NCBI GenBank assembly: GCA_965213925.1
Contig: OZ243927.1
Coordinates: 1,632,001-1,696,000 of the forward strand
Source of the DNA: Trueperaceae bacterium
GTDB lineage: Bacteria; Deinococcota; Deinococci; Deinococcales; Trueperaceae
DNA length: 64,000 nt
Reading direction: 5' to 3'
Shown: piece by piece, positions 20,469 to 29,113 of the stretch
How positions within the stretch are numbered: the stretch's first letter is position 1
Layout: each line of letters begins with the position of its first letter
Notes under the pieces: generated by a model
Database searches by the model: none
What the model was told of the DNA's origin: nothing
Seen by the model: only the letters and a program-made list of their open reading frames with translations
Program-made: the position numbers and the translations under genes

Positions 20469-21725
20469 TTACGCAGCCTGTCGCACCACAGCCCGCTCCC
20501 GCATCGCTAAAAGCCACTCTATCTCCGTTCGCCGAGCCCCCGAGTCCGGTTCTCCGCGCTGATACGCCAACGCCCAGTCAGCCCGCTCGACGGCTTCGTG
20601 GTAGCGCCCCTCAGCGAGCAGCAGCGCGACCTGCGCTTTGACTTGTTCCCTCTCGTCGCCGTTCAGTTCCGCCCCTCGCCCGAAGTGTACCTGCGCGGTT
20701 TCTTGATCACCGAGGTGGAAGGCGTAGAAATAGGCGGCTTCAAAGTGGAGCGTCGGGTTGAACACGGGGCTGATTGCTTGGGCGGCGGTAAGCGCCTTAT
20801 CTAAGGCATCCTTTGCAGCCTGCACATCTCCGCTGTCCAGGGCGTAGAAGTACCCCGAGATGAGCCCAGGAAAGGCTTCTGCAGGGTTGCGTTCCGGGTC
20901 GAACTGGTCGTAGGGCGCAAGCACACGCAGGTCCCAATCGCGCGGTCTGACAGAACCAAAATAGAGACCCTGGTAGCGGTAGCTCTGCTGTAACCTCTCC
21001 ACGAACGCTGGGTCACGTAAGTTGAGGAGTTGGAGACCATCGAAGAGGAAGTTGCCTACCTTTAGCGGCGCGAGATTACCTAACGCCTGCCACGCCGCGA
21101 ATGTGCCGATGGTCGTCAGCAGAAGCGCAGTGTACAGCTCCCAAGCGTAGAGTTCGTAGGGCTCGAAAGCAGCCAAACCGAGCGCCCGGTGAGCCCCGAA
21201 CGCGGTGACTGCCAAGACGAGTGAGGCGAGCGGACCTGCCAAGAGGATGAGAGCATACCTGCGGCGGAAGTGCGGGTCGTCGGGGTTCTCGGTGTGGAGG
21301 TGAGCCGCGCCGCTCGGCTTGACTCCCGCCCAGTTGTACTTGACCCTGACGCCGCGTTTGTGTGGCTCAATGTGAAGAGGTCCCACCCATATGTACAGCG
21401 TCTTGAAGCCGACCAAGCGCCCCGCTAGGGCGTGTCCCAACTCGTGCACGAAGGTCAGCAGCCATAAGAGGGGCACAGCGAGCAGAAAGGCAACGGCGAC
21501 CCCTTGGCTGTTCAATGCGCCCAAATAGTCGGTGAAAGGCGCGAAGTCGAGGTCGAGGAAGCCGCCAAGCATCCCCAAGAACAAAAAGAGCGCCAAGAGG
21601 ATAAGAACTACGCGCCCACGACCATCTTGTGCCGCGCTTGGTGGTCGGGGTTGCGGCGCGGGCACGTTCTCAGACCCCGTAGGAGTAGGTAAGTCGGTCG
21701 TTTGCGCTTTGCGAGACTGGTTCAT
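20469..21725 (-). CDS. M50-family (site-2 protease) membrane metallopeptidase with TPR-like C-terminus
   Basis: HELGH, LAGPLAS, NLAP...FDG; several TM helices. Confidence 0.85.
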   Translation of the reverse strand: MNQSRKAQTTDLPTPTGSENVPAPQPRPPSAAQDGRGRVVLILLALFLFLGMLGGFLDLDFAPFTDYLGALNSQGVAVAFLLAVPLLWLLTFVHELGHALAGRLVGFKTLYIWVGPLHIEPHKRGVRVKYNWAGVKPSGAAHLHTENPDDPHFRRRYALILLAGPLASLVLAVTAFGAHRALGLAAFEPYELYAWELYTALLLTTIGTFAAWQALGNLAPLKVGNFLFDGLQLLNLRDPAFVERLQQSYRYQGLYFGSVRPRDWDLRVLAPYDQFDPERNPAEAFPGLISGYFYALDSGDVQAAKDALDKALTAAQAISPVFNPTLHFEAAYFYAFHLGDQETAQVHFGRGAELNGDEREQVKAQVALLLAEGRYHEAVERADWALAYQRGEPDSGARRTEIEWLLAMRERAVVRQAA

Positions 21726-22461
21726 AGAGATTCCCGCTTAACTCTAGGGCAGCCGAGAGGTTTAAGCGCGTGAAACGGTCACGCCAACTTGCCTCTTCCC
21801 CTGTGAGAAATCGGGCTTGTTAGTTTCTAAGCGCTGCTCAAAAGTACCCCCCTCCCCTCGTAGTTCACGAAGCGGCAGGGGTTTAGCGCCGTGCGCCCGC
21901 TGGCTGCGTTTTATCTCGAGAAACCCTCTCGTTCCCCTACAGACGTTGCCCCGTAACCTCTTTTTGCGCAGGAGTGCAGAACCGCCCCCCTCCGGGTAGG
22001 TCTAAATCGTAAGCCGTTTTGGGCAAGCGCTTTGTCTAAACCAGCCTCGACGTGTCCCCCTGGGGTGATGAGTTTTGTACCGGAGATGCCGACTAATTTC
22101 TCCCCTTGTCTGCCCTTACTTGATCGTCTAAATTGCCCTGAACCGGACCACGCTTGCCCCCACCGCGAGCTTAAACCATGCCCACGCTGTCTTGGCAGCC
22201 GTGCTCTGCCACTGCCTCCACTCATTACGAGTGAAGGAGTTTTACATGAACCATACAGCCCGCTTTTACCGCCACCTCTTCACGCCCATTCAGTCTCTGT
22301 CCTGCCGGATGCTCACGCCTGTTACTCCGTTTAAGAACGCGCAGGAAGCGACAACTCTTCCCATAGGTGGATCACCTTGCCAGCCAGCGCCAACAAGTGA
22401 ATTTCACACCCCTACCGCGCCCCCTGGCTTACACTCAGTTTGGACTATTACCGAGGCAACA

Positions 22462-23520
22462 ATGCACCAAGAATCTCGCCGCCGCACGATCTACCTCATC
22501 GCCATCTCGATTGGGCTACCCACTTTGCTCGTCGTCTGGTGGCTTCAGCACGCTATAGACCCCTTCGTGCGCGTGGCTCACCCCCTGCTCATGGGTTATC
22601 TCGCCTGGGCTGTCATCGCCCTGAAGCGCGAGCGCGTGCCCCTAAAGGTCATCGAACAAGCGACCTTCTGGGTCAACGTAGCCTTCTGGTATAGCAACTT
22701 CGCCTACAGCCTCATCAGCGGTCACACCTTTACGGTGGGCTGGGCTGAGGTCATGAGCGTCACCATGCTCAACTTCTTTATCCTGGCTGTCCTGTCGCAC
22801 TTGGTCTTCTCGACGCGCTTTGGAGGACGGGTCAACTTGGGGCTCCTGGGTCTCTCCGCCCTCATCGGCGTGGGCGGGCTCCTGCCGGACGTGATGCAGG
22901 GGCAGCACCAACAGGAACTCACCTGGCTCATCCACTTCGAACTCGCCTTTGCGGTGCTCATCGGTTTCATCTACGTCGTCGCCAAGAGCAAAGACGATTA
23001 CACCGAAGCCGCACTCCACGCCCAAAACCTGCACACGATGGCGTATGAGGACGCGCTCACGGGGCTACCCAACCGCCGCCGGGTCGAGGGCGAGCTGGAC
23101 TGGCAAATCGAGATCAGCGGGCGCTATGGACGCCCCCTGTCGCTCATCAGCTTCGACCTGGACAAGTTCAAGAGCATCAACGACACGTTAGGTCATGCGG
23201 TGGGCGACGAGGTGCTCACCTCGGTGGCTAGGCTCGTCAAGCCCCTGCTGCGAGCGAGTGACACCTTGGGGCGTTGGGGCGGGGAGGAGTTCGTCATCGT
23301 CGTGCCGGAGTCAGACCTAGAACACGCCTCTGCCTTTGCCGAGCGCATCCGCACTGCCATCCAGCACGCCCAGCATCCGCACGGGCTTGGCGTTACCGCG
23401 AGCTTTGGGGTGGTGACGTGGGAGCCAGGGATGAGTGCTCAGGACCTCTTGGAAGTGGCGGACAGGCGGCTCTACCAAGCTAAGGCGGGTGGGAGAAACC
23501 GAGTGGCAGTGGGTGCTTGA
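22462..23520 (+). CDS. Membrane diguanylate cyclase (about 6 TM + GGDEF)
   Basis: DALTGLPNRR, DLDKFKSIND, RASD I-site, GGEEF; an alternative in-frame start with RBS lies at 22247. Confidence 0.92.
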   Translation: MHQESRRRTIYLIAISIGLPTLLVVWWLQHAIDPFVRVAHPLLMGYLAWAVIALKRERVPLKVIEQATFWVNVAFWYSNFAYSLISGHTFTVGWAEVMSVTMLNFFILAVLSHLVFSTRFGGRVNLGLLGLSALIGVGGLLPDVMQGQHQQELTWLIHFELAFAVLIGFIYVVAKSKDDYTEAALHAQNLHTMAYEDALTGLPNRRRVEGELDWQIEISGRYGRPLSLISFDLDKFKSINDTLGHAVGDEVLTSVARLVKPLLRASDTLGRWGGEEFVIVVPESDLEHASAFAERIRTAIQHAQHPHGLGVTASFGVVTWEPGMSAQDLLEVADRRLYQAKAGGRNRVAVGA

Positions 23521-24106
23521 CGCGCCCCCTGTGCGACGTCAACTTGCCCCGGTGAGGACCTCATCACAGGCGGGCTTACGACCCCGCTTTTCCCCGTCCT
23601 CGCCGGGAGAAGTCACATAGCGCACCTTGATCCCCGGTTTGCGCAGCAAACCCGCTACGCAGTAGCGGAACACGTCGGGCAAGGTTCCAATCTCGAGACC
23701 AGTCGGAGTTTGTAAGCCCTGTTTAGGGGCTGTTACCTCTCCACAACCCGCTGTACTGAATCCTGCCGGGAGTGACGCCTTCGGCGAATAGGCTTCGCCT
23801 ATTCCATCAATTGACCGGGAAGAGTGGGCTCAACCCTAGCCTAAACCAAACACCCCAATCGGTAGATCAACTCGATCATGCCGGGAGGGAGGAAGCAGGT
23901 ATATAAGCCCTAGCTGGTGGGGTAATAGCAGGATGAAACTCGCCCCCCTTGGAGTTCTTAACCTCTACCCCTGGGGAGTCTATAAACCCCAGCCCCCTCT
24001 ACAGGCATGGTTCTTACCCCCTGAAGAGCGTGAGGTCGAGAAGAACCGACAGGGACGAGGAAAATTGCCTTTTAGTTGAGGCTTGCCGACTTACAACCCG
24101 CGAAGT

Positions 24107-25702
24107 TTACTCTATGAGACCCCCTTCAAGTTCGGTGTGAATGTCCATCTGAGCTGCGGTGTCTTTAACGACCTGCTTAATCTTAGATTCCCACTTGGTT
24201 ATGCTTTTCGTCTTGTAGCTCACCGTGAAGCCATCGAATTGGTAGAGCGTGACTTTGAAAACCTTTTTATTTGGCTCGGCGAGCTGATAAACCGGCGCAA
24301 GTAGTCTCAACTCGGTCTGTTGGGCTCTTCTGGCGAGCACCTGCTTTGCGCTCTTACGTGTGTTGTCACCTAGATATCTGGATTCGATACCGAAGCGCTC
24401 TGCTAGGTTTGACGAGCAAAGCTCCTGCATAATCTTCTCGATCTCTTCTTCGCGAGCATCGAAGAGGTCTTGAATGATCGGAATCGCCTCGAATTTTTCG
24501 TAAAGACTATCGGGTTGACCAGAAGACAACAAGGCGCGTTTGACGTTGTGCTTCTCAGCACCAAAGACTAGCGCGTAGATAGCGGTTTTCAAATCAGGTT
24601 TGATAGTCTGGAGGTCTACTCCAAGCTCGTCCGCTAGATAAGCCCAGGCTGAACCCTGCGTTTCTAGCAGGACTTGAAGGTCCGTGACGCCCCACTTCTT
24701 CGCTACGATAGCAAGCTGAGCCGATTTCAGGTCGTACTCGTACCAGCCACGTGTGAGTTGCCGCCGAACATCTTTCCTAATACTTAAAAGGGAGGGATAA
24801 CTTCCGTACAGCCGCGCTGTCTTCTCTACCGTGTGGATCATCGGCTTCGGGCACCCTAGGATGAAGAGGAGTTGCCCCCAAGCCTGATGCTGGGAGCGTT
24901 CAGTCCTACCCATACAGTTTGCTAGGTGTTGAATTGCAGTCTCGCGGTTCTTCTTCACGATGTCAGAGAACACTTGGATATCGAGCCCGTTCTGGTACTC
25001 GACAATCATCTCGCTATCTGACTTGAGCTTTTCAGACACAATTTCCCAATCTGAGCTAAAGCACGGCATAGGCTTTACAGAGCTGTAAGGGGCAGACAAA
25101 TCTTCTAAATTGGTAAGTTTCTGAGCTGGGAAGAGTGATTGAAGATGGCTGATGGTAGAGGATGAGTCTGCTATGTCGACATGCAAGGGTATCGACGCTG
25201 CCTGCTCGAAAACCGCTCCGCGCCAGTCTGCTTGAATCTGGCGCGTGACCTTCTTGCCGGTCGAGAGGACTACCTCATCCTCTTTGCCCTCTTTAAGGTC
25301 CCGCCACATCAGCTCGCGTAAAGCCTCTGCCTCTGGACCGAGCCCTGTGTTTTCAACCTCACGCGCTTTACCTTGCTTGTACCTTTCATGTGTATGGTCA
25401 GTATACTCGAAGCCCGGCACAACATCCCTTTTGAAAGCCTCTAAGAATCTATAGCCCACGTAGTTTGAATTCGCCTTTTTGCCCTCAAACGAAGCGAGCT
25501 TCTCCCTGGATATCACGATATTGCCCAGCTCATCTTCATCGCCTATTTCATCGCTATCTTTTTCTTCTTTATTGTCAAACTTAGACGGAAAAAGCAAATA
25601 CATCATTAGATGCCAGTATGCCGGGTTCTTCTCCAGCCCTGAATAGGCTTGCACAACTGCTTCTCTAAATCTTCTGCTGCCCGTAGTCCTCGCGTAGCTC
25701 AT
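24107..25702 (-). CDS. Divergent family-A (PolA/T7-like) nucleotide polymerase-like protein
   Basis: TARLYGSYPSLLSIRKDVR (cf. TGRLSSxxPNLQNIP), motif A YDLKSAQL, motif B KTAIYALVFG, AQQTE, motif C QFDGF. Confidence 0.65.
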   Translation of the reverse strand: MSYARTTGSRRFREAVVQAYSGLEKNPAYWHLMMYLLFPSKFDNKEEKDSDEIGDEDELGNIVISREKLASFEGKKANSNYVGYRFLEAFKRDVVPGFEYTDHTHERYKQGKAREVENTGLGPEAEALRELMWRDLKEGKEDEVVLSTGKKVTRQIQADWRGAVFEQAASIPLHVDIADSSSTISHLQSLFPAQKLTNLEDLSAPYSSVKPMPCFSSDWEIVSEKLKSDSEMIVEYQNGLDIQVFSDIVKKNRETAIQHLANCMGRTERSQHQAWGQLLFILGCPKPMIHTVEKTARLYGSYPSLLSIRKDVRRQLTRGWYEYDLKSAQLAIVAKKWGVTDLQVLLETQGSAWAYLADELGVDLQTIKPDLKTAIYALVFGAEKHNVKRALLSSGQPDSLYEKFEAIPIIQDLFDAREEEIEKIMQELCSSNLAERFGIESRYLGDNTRKSAKQVLARRAQQTELRLLAPVYQLAEPNKKVFKVTLYQFDGFTVSYKTKSITKWESKIKQVVKDTAAQMDIHTELEGGLIE

Positions 25703-25840
25703 TGTAAGTTCTCCGCTGTCGTAGATTCATTGACCTCAAAGCCCCACATCACCACAAAGCCCCAGACTCAGCAGTTAAAAACTTCTTGCGAGAGGGAATT
25801 CTCTATACCAAAGCCCACCCATGCGTTAAACTTCTCAAAG

Positions 25841-26122
25841 ATGTCAGCTCAACTCACGACCAACCACGCTAAGATCATCAACGAACTCTGGCAAGCCGCC
25901 GTCAACCTACGCGGCTCAATAGAACCTGCCGACTACAAGCGCTACGTCCTGACGATCATCTTCCTGCGCTTCTTGTCACTGGGCTACGAGCGCAGGTGTG
26001 AGGCGCTTCAAGCGCTGACTGACGACCCCGAGAGCGAGTACCACACGACCGCCCCGGAGGTCGCTGAGAGCATCTTAGAAAACGAGACATTCCTCACGCG
26101 ACATAACTTTTCTCGTGTGTAA
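25841..26122 (+). pseudogene. hsdM: Type I R-M HsdM N-terminal remnant
   Basis: NELWQAAVNLRGSIEPADYKRYVLTIIFLRFLS is the HsdM N-terminal signature; stops after about 93 aa. Confidence 0.85.
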
Positions 26123-26185
26123 CAATACGCTTATTTAACCGGGCTGAAGGGCGTTCTTAGAGGTCTTTGCACCGGCAGTGGAGTT

Positions 26186-29113
26186 TTGACCTTGGCTCAT
26201 GAATTTCAACCAGGCATGATCATTCGGGCGCGGGGCAGACTGTGGCGCGTAGACAGCGTTGACGCTTCGACCGTGACCGGCACGAGCCTCGACAGCCCCG
26301 ACGCTAGATCGCGCCGCTTTTTCGTCCCCTTTGAAGGGCGCGGCATCACGGTTGCGCAGATGGACCTTCCGCCAGCGGTGGAGGGCGACGCGGTCCTGCA
26401 CGACCTCTTCTTACGCGCGACGCGCATGACGATGATGCACGGCACCGCGCCCCTCGCGAGCCTCCAGCGCTCGCGCGTGATCCCCACGAACTACCAGCTT
26501 GTCCCGGTCATGATGGCGCTCGACATGCCCCGCGTGCGTATCCTGATCGCTGATGACGTAGGGCTCGGCAAAACCGTCGAGGCTGGGCTTATCACCTCGG
26601 AACTTCTCGCGCGTAAGCAAGCTGAGCGCGTGCTCGTTCTCACCCCTGCGAACCTCAAGGATCAGTGGCGCGAAGCCTTTTCACACTTTTTCCACCTCAA
26701 TCTCGAGTCGCTAAGCACCCCTGAGATTCGTAAGCTCGGCAGGCGGCTACCGCCCGGCGCGAACCCCTGGTCGCACTTCCCCTTCGTGGCGGCGAGCATC
26801 GACTACGCCAAGCAGGACAGCGTCAAGAACCTCATCTTGAGCCAGAGCTGGGATTTGGTCATCGTCGATGAGGCGCACGGTTCGGCTGCGCCTACGGCGG
26901 GTGCGAGAGGTTCAGGTAACAAAGACCGCTACGAGTTCGTTCAGGACCTCGCTCGCCGCTGCCGCCATCTGGTCCTTGCCACCGCGACCCCGCACAATGG
27001 CTACACCGCCTCGTTCGCGAGCCTTTTGCGGCTCCTCGACGAGACGTATTCCCCGGAGGGTCGTCTCGAACAACCCCTGCAACTCGTGGACGGCGACCTG
27101 CACGAGCCGATCATCCGCCGCCGCCGCGCCGAGCGTCACGTGATTCAGCGCCGCCGCCAAGACGTGCAGAACTGGTTTGTCAAAGAGAATAAGCGCTCGC
27201 CCTTCCCGGAGCGCAACAGCCGCGAGGTGTTTATCGAGCCGAGCCGCCCCGAGCTTGAGGTCTACCACGCCTTCCAGAGCTACCAGCGCTTCATCTTCGA
27301 GGGTAAGGAGAGCAAAGACGTGCACGTGCTGGCTCGCTGGATGGTCATGCACTTTTTGCGCCGCGCGACAAGCTCACCGAACGCGCTCAAGGTGTCTTTG
27401 CGCAAGCGCACCGAGAAGCTGAAGCGCAAACTCGAACGCCCGGACGAGGGCGACGAAAACGAGCGAGTCAGCAGCCCAGTCGAGCAGGCGCTCAAGGGCG
27501 CGACCCTCGATGCGGGCGACACCGACCTCTTCGCAGAGGAAGAACTCGACGACAAGCTCGACAAGCTGAGCATCTTGCAGCGCTCGGAGATAAGGGCGGA
27601 GATAGGCTTTTTAGAGGGCATCTTAGACGCCGTGAACCGCTGGCGACCCGGCTCGGACACGAAGCTCAAAAAGCTCAAGAGCCTCCTGAACGACTACAGC
27701 GAGTTGGGGCGCTATCCCCGCACCATCATCTTCACCCGCTACCTCGACACCATGACCTATTTAGCGAGCGAACTCGCCAAAGAGAAGGTTTTCGACATCT
27801 TCACGGTGGACGGGTCGCTGAGCGACAAAGCGCGCGCCGAGCGCATCCGCGACTTTGGACGCGCCGAGCGCGGCTTGCTGATTGCAACCGACGCGATCAG
27901 CGAAGGGCTCAACTTGCAGTTCGTCGCCAACCAGCTCGTCCACTACGAGCTTCCCTGGAACCCGAACCGCTTGGAGCAGCGCAACGGGCGGGTGGACCGC
28001 TTCAAGCAGCCCGAGGCGGAGGTGCGCATCCGCACCCTGATCAACGAACGCTCCTTCGACCTGGTGGTGTTTCGCAAGCTCATCGGCAAGGCGCAGCGTA
28101 TCCGCGAGGCTTACGGCTTTTTGCCCCCCTACTTCAGCGATGAGAAGTATTCCGAAGACCTCATCGGCGAGTTGATCGACGAGAACCTCACCGAACAGCG
28201 TTTCTTGCAGCCCGGTCTCTTCAACCAAGCGTCTCCCGAAGAGATTACCGAAGAGGAGCGGCTCGCCGCCGACAAGATGCGAGAAGAGTCGTTCTACGGT
28301 CACGCGACCTTTAACCTCCCGGACGTCGAGGAGCGCCTCCAGGCGTCGCAAGACGTCATCGGCAGCCCGAAAGAGGTCGAGCAGCTTGTCGTGCAGGCAC
28401 TTAGATACCTCGACTGGCGCGTGGACGAGCGGCGCGGCGTCTACCACGTCCAGCGCGGCGGTGCTGAGCCTATCGCCGGAGTCCCTGACGACTTGGGGCT
28501 CATCACCTTCGACGCGGACGTCGCGGTTATGAACCCAGACGTCAATCACCTAGACATCGCTCACCCCGTTGTGACGCGGCTGCTGACCTACATCAGGCGC
28601 ATGAGCTACGGCAGCCTCAAAGACGCACGCACGGCGGTCGTGACGCGGCTACTGCCTGCGGGCACCCCGGCGCACGCCGTGTTCCACACCCGCGCCCGCT
28701 ACATAGTCGGGCGAAACGGTGGAGGAGACGGCAAGCAGAGCAGTAGGCAAGGCAGCAAGCAACTCGTCGAGGCGCTCGTACCCGTCGGCGTGGACCTCAT
28801 GACGGGCGAGGTTGCGCCCCACGCGCTCACCCTCCAGCTTTTGACGGCGGAGCCGCGCCCTTCGACCTTTACAGGGGCGTCCGTGCGGACGTTCATCGAC
28901 AAGGCGCTCCACCTCCCCAAGCTGCGCGACATCGTCTCGGCGGCGGTGCAGCGCAAAGGCGAGGAACTGCGCGAGGAGCGCAGAAAGTTGCGTGCCAAAC
29001 TCGAGGAAACCTACCCCAGCCAGTCCACCTGGTTAGAGGGCATCGACGAGATTCACCCAGCCGCCCACGATATCCTGGCGCTGAGCGTCGTCGTCCCGGC
29101 GAGGCGGAGCTGA
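26186..29113 (+). CDS. SNF2-family helicase (DrmD-like)
   Basis: LIADDVGLGKT, DEAH, TATPHNG, SEGLNLQ, LPWNPNRLEQRNGRVDR. Confidence 0.9.
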   Translation: MTLAHEFQPGMIIRARGRLWRVDSVDASTVTGTSLDSPDARSRRFFVPFEGRGITVAQMDLPPAVEGDAVLHDLFLRATRMTMMHGTAPLASLQRSRVIPTNYQLVPVMMALDMPRVRILIADDVGLGKTVEAGLITSELLARKQAERVLVLTPANLKDQWREAFSHFFHLNLESLSTPEIRKLGRRLPPGANPWSHFPFVAASIDYAKQDSVKNLILSQSWDLVIVDEAHGSAAPTAGARGSGNKDRYEFVQDLARRCRHLVLATATPHNGYTASFASLLRLLDETYSPEGRLEQPLQLVDGDLHEPIIRRRRAERHVIQRRRQDVQNWFVKENKRSPFPERNSREVFIEPSRPELEVYHAFQSYQRFIFEGKESKDVHVLARWMVMHFLRRATSSPNALKVSLRKRTEKLKRKLERPDEGDENERVSSPVEQALKGATLDAGDTDLFAEEELDDKLDKLSILQRSEIRAEIGFLEGILDAVNRWRPGSDTKLKKLKSLLNDYSELGRYPRTIIFTRYLDTMTYLASELAKEKVFDIFTVDGSLSDKARAERIRDFGRAERGLLIATDAISEGLNLQFVANQLVHYELPWNPNRLEQRNGRVDRFKQPEAEVRIRTLINERSFDLVVFRKLIGKAQRIREAYGFLPPYFSDEKYSEDLIGELIDENLTEQRFLQPGLFNQASPEEITEEERLAADKMREESFYGHATFNLPDVEERLQASQDVIGSPKEVEQLVVQALRYLDWRVDERRGVYHVQRGGAEPIAGVPDDLGLITFDADVAVMNPDVNHLDIAHPVVTRLLTYIRRMSYGSLKDARTAVVTRLLPAGTPAHAVFHTRARYIVGRNGGGDGKQSSRQGSKQLVEALVPVGVDLMTGEVAPHALTLQLLTAEPRPSTFTGASVRTFIDKALHLPKLRDIVSAAVQRKGEELREERRKLRAKLEETYPSQSTWLEGIDEIHPAAHDILALSVVVPARRS

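Noticed and set aside
24107..25702. Host DNA polymerase I (polA)
   Set aside because: Too short and divergent, no exonuclease domains, and located inside an island
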